Source: Haplodiscus bocki
Lineage: Eukaryota
Assembly: GCA_965655095.1 (NCBI GenBank)
Contig: OZ296649.1
Span: 4,712,001 to 4,776,000, forward strand
Direction of reading: 5' to 3'
DNA length: 64,000 nt
How positions within the stretch are numbered: the first letter of the stretch is position 1; every line of letters starts with the position of its first letter. The translations under genes and the position numbers were made by a program. Positions 61,018 through 64,000 of the stretch are shown one piece after another. The notes under the pieces are model-generated. The model searched no databases. It saw only the letters and a program-made list of their open reading frames with translations, and was not told where the DNA came from.

Positions 61018-62639
61018 TTTGCATGCTTCTGTCGTGCAAAATCCTTTCAAAGTGCCATTCAAATTGCCTCGTATTTCAGAATCTCCATCGTACGCTCTGC
61101 TGAGTGCAAAAAAGCAGCAGCTAAAACCAGTTCGAGTAAAATGTGGAAGGTAGGCAACAACTTTTTCTCAACGAGCATAGCGAAAGAACAGAGTTTTTTG
61201 GCCTCCTCAGGAATAATTTTCAAATTGGCAACATTCCAAAGCCTCCTTTTGCAAATCTTGACTAGGGATCAGCTAAATAAAATGAAGGTGAAACCATACG
61301 GCCCATAAAAAAGGAACGGAGAAGTCGGAAGCGTGTACAAAAGATCAATAAAAACTCAAAAATCTTGTTGGCGTCAGAGATTGTCAACTAGGACAATCAG
61401 TGACGCAGACTATGATTGAATCCTCAGGTGGAAAAAACCCACAAAACCGTAAAGACTGAAAAACGACGAAAGCGACCAGAGTGACCTATGTTCAGAACTC
61501 AAAATGACTCAATAAAAAAGCAAACTCAAAGATACTGATGTGGTATGTCTGAAAAAACAACCAAACAAGCGGAAGCATTTGGACAAACATTTCCCAAAAA
61601 AAGCCATTCAAAAGACAAAGAGGCTACCTAAGAAGAGTCAACGTTCACAACGAATCAAATAATGCACGAGGAGGAACAATGCGTCCTCAGGATCCTAGAA
61701 ATTGCTCAAAGAATTTACTCCAATAACTCACAGGATGATGATTACCTGTCAATAATTAGTGGTGATAAAGATAAAGTAGTTCCACTGCTACCGAACCGCA
61801 GCAGCAGTAAGTGCGCGAACAGGAAAAGAATCAATTTATGGAGAGATAACCTCAACGAAAAATCAAAACTCCTTCATAGTTTTCCTGCCAAGTCTTGGGA
61901 TAACACAGGCATGACTAGCAACTACTGCACCCTGGACGAACCCATGATAAAATTAGGCAACCTGGTACTTTTCAAATGTACGGGTTAAAATTTTAACAAA
62001 GAAATTTACTGACTATGGCACGAACCGAGGGAACGAGGAGAGGACAAAACAGTCATCAACATCAGATAGTAAAACTCCGCCATCCTATTGATACACGAAT
62101 TGACTATAAAGTAAAGGCATCCAAGCTGCTGAAAATTACACTCTCGTAGAGGAGCAGCGAATGGTTTACATGCAGAACGCTATGAAAGTCTTTGAAAGAA
62201 CGAAGCAGCTTTGCAAACTTCTTTATCTCAAAAGAAACAGCAGGTATACTAAGTTAGCGGCAACAAAAGCTTTTAGGCGGACAATAAAACGCAAAGAACA
62301 ACCTCTGGTAGTTATAAAGGGTATCCCACCAAGTCTTAAGGGCGCAGAACTGGGAACTGGAGACCAGAGTGATGATGACGCCATGACTTCTGTAGTTTCA
62401 ACTTTGTGAGCCCAGATTTCGAAAACTTCTGTTGTGACCGAAACTGCCGTGCTTTTTAGGCTGGCATGCAAACCCGATACTAGGTGACAGCCGAAAGAAC
62501 CGAAATTTTGACCGCAGATGTTCCTCGACCATTGCTTTTAAGAAAAGAAGAGATGACATTAGAAGGATAGTCTTGAAAAATAAACAATGGAGATAATGTG
62601 GACATAGGTCTAACAGATATTGACCGGGAACGTAACCCA

Positions 62640-63560
62640 ATTAAAGATTGACAAGCTCTCGGAAACAATCATGGGAGTCTTCGTGCTCTTTTCACAAAGA
62701 TGCGCCATGAAAGAAAAACCCACAGCATGGAAGTGAAACCAACAGTTTTCAGAGGGCCCCAAAGAGATGTTGAGAGATGGATAGCCTTCATGAAGGATGT
62801 CATCAAGGCGTCTCAACCCTGCGTGGAAGACGCTCACGTGGTGTGGTTAGTGATCATTTACTTGGAAGCAGAGGCGAGAGACTTTATTTTGAACAGAGCC
62901 AAGTCTGAGATAAGAGAACAAAAAAACTTCCAAAATTTGTCATGAAGATTCGTAGAGGGTGATAGTTCACACCATATGAAGACTTCATTGGATACCCGAA
63001 AGTTGAAGCGTGAAGAAACCATTGTTTTGTTCCTGGACAAGTTAGAGTGATTATGGAGCGAAAGTGAACTGGAAAAATTCCAGAAGATTTTCCTTATGAA
63101 AGAATGCAATCATGGAGAAAAGAACAGTTGTGTTGTTGGAACCTCTAAATTTCACCAAAACAGTCCAGGAACTACACATCAATCACAATGCCACATTCGT
63201 TTTGAGCATCGCGGCAAACCAATTTACGTGGTTGGATCGATACTAGAGTTGGACCATCATAATGAAAAAATGTGCGTGGCAGAAACTATCTACAAATGTT
63301 CTTTACAACTTGTTACCCCAGCGTTTCAACCTCGTAGCACCAAACTGATTGGAAATTCATAACTTTGGAGCAGCACAAAGACATGATTGTTGATAGCTGG
63401 CTTCATACTGCCAGTCGACTTTGTTGGGTCAGTTCACTGCCTGGGCAACGAATTCGCTCTAGGAAAACTTTTCCTGGGACAATACGATGTCTCGGTGGAT
63501 TCCAAGTCAACGAAGCTGCCAATCAACAATCCCCATCAGGACAACATGGCAGCAGTTTTT
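62640..63560 (+). pseudogene. Highly decayed retrotransposon gag/protease remnant
   Basis: KPTVFRGPQRDVERWIAFMK...YLEAEARDFI (capsid-like), and later FVGSVHCLGNEFALGKLFLGQY (like the protease C-terminal LG.DFL motif). Confidence 0.5.
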
Positions 63561-64000
63561 CAAGAGTTACGTGCAGGAGTGCCTAGGGTTTCCTTCACAG
63601 TCATGGAAAAACGTGAAATTGAACAACTGGAAGCCAAAATAGAGAAAATGAAAAAAAGAACTCATTCAGGTTGGTCACATGTACGTGAGCCTGTACTGAT
63701 AACCAAGGCTGAAAGCTTTATGTAAACGTCCTCTGTTTCAGCTGGAACAATGGGCATTGGGCAATCAGATCAGTCAAACATATGTTTAATGAGAAATGAC
63801 ACCAATGAAACGGGTGTCTTAGATATCTATTCTACCATTTGAGAAGTTGATTTCTTGGATACCCACAATCTGCCTCAAACTCAAAAAACAAGTGAAAATG
63901 TGATTGAAAGGGAAAAAATTTTTTAATGTAAATGTGATTAACAAATTTTCCTCTGATTAATTATCTGAAACAGAGTCTTGTCAGGATCGGAGTGTCTCTT

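Overview
Eukaryotic, probably invertebrate animal, AT-rich scaffold with two N-gaps. It consists almost entirely of mobile DNA and I can support no host gene. From left to right: (1) 1-3450, an old LTR-retrotransposon remnant. (2) 4082-37872, a decayed Polinton/Maverick (adintovirus-like) element 'A' with terminal inverted repeats (TIRs), protein-primed PolB, packaging ATPase, rve integrase, minor and major capsid and adenain-type protease. (3) Nested inside A, a second, unrelated and more AT-rich Polinton 'B' (13271-28199, AGTAGT...ACTACT ends) with its own decayed gene set. B is flanked not by a target-site duplication (TSD) but by a ~2.3 kb inverted copy of the same piece of element A. (4) 45271-61017, a full-length 15.7 kb Ty3/Gypsy element on the minus strand with 1.77 kb LTRs, TG..CA ends and a TTTGC TSD. 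Its gag starts ~560 bp inside the LTR. Between integrase and the 3' LTR it carries an antisense, intron-containing gene with a BED-type zinc finger and a hAT-transposase-like layout, plus a divergent Pro/Ser-rich ORF that runs into the LTR. (5) A decayed gag/protease remnant at the right end. The two best leads are the spliced antisense cargo gene of the Gypsy element and the Polinton-in-Polinton with mirror-image flanks. All family assignments come from motifs recognised by eye, identities are manual counts or estimates, and pseudogene boundaries are approximate.
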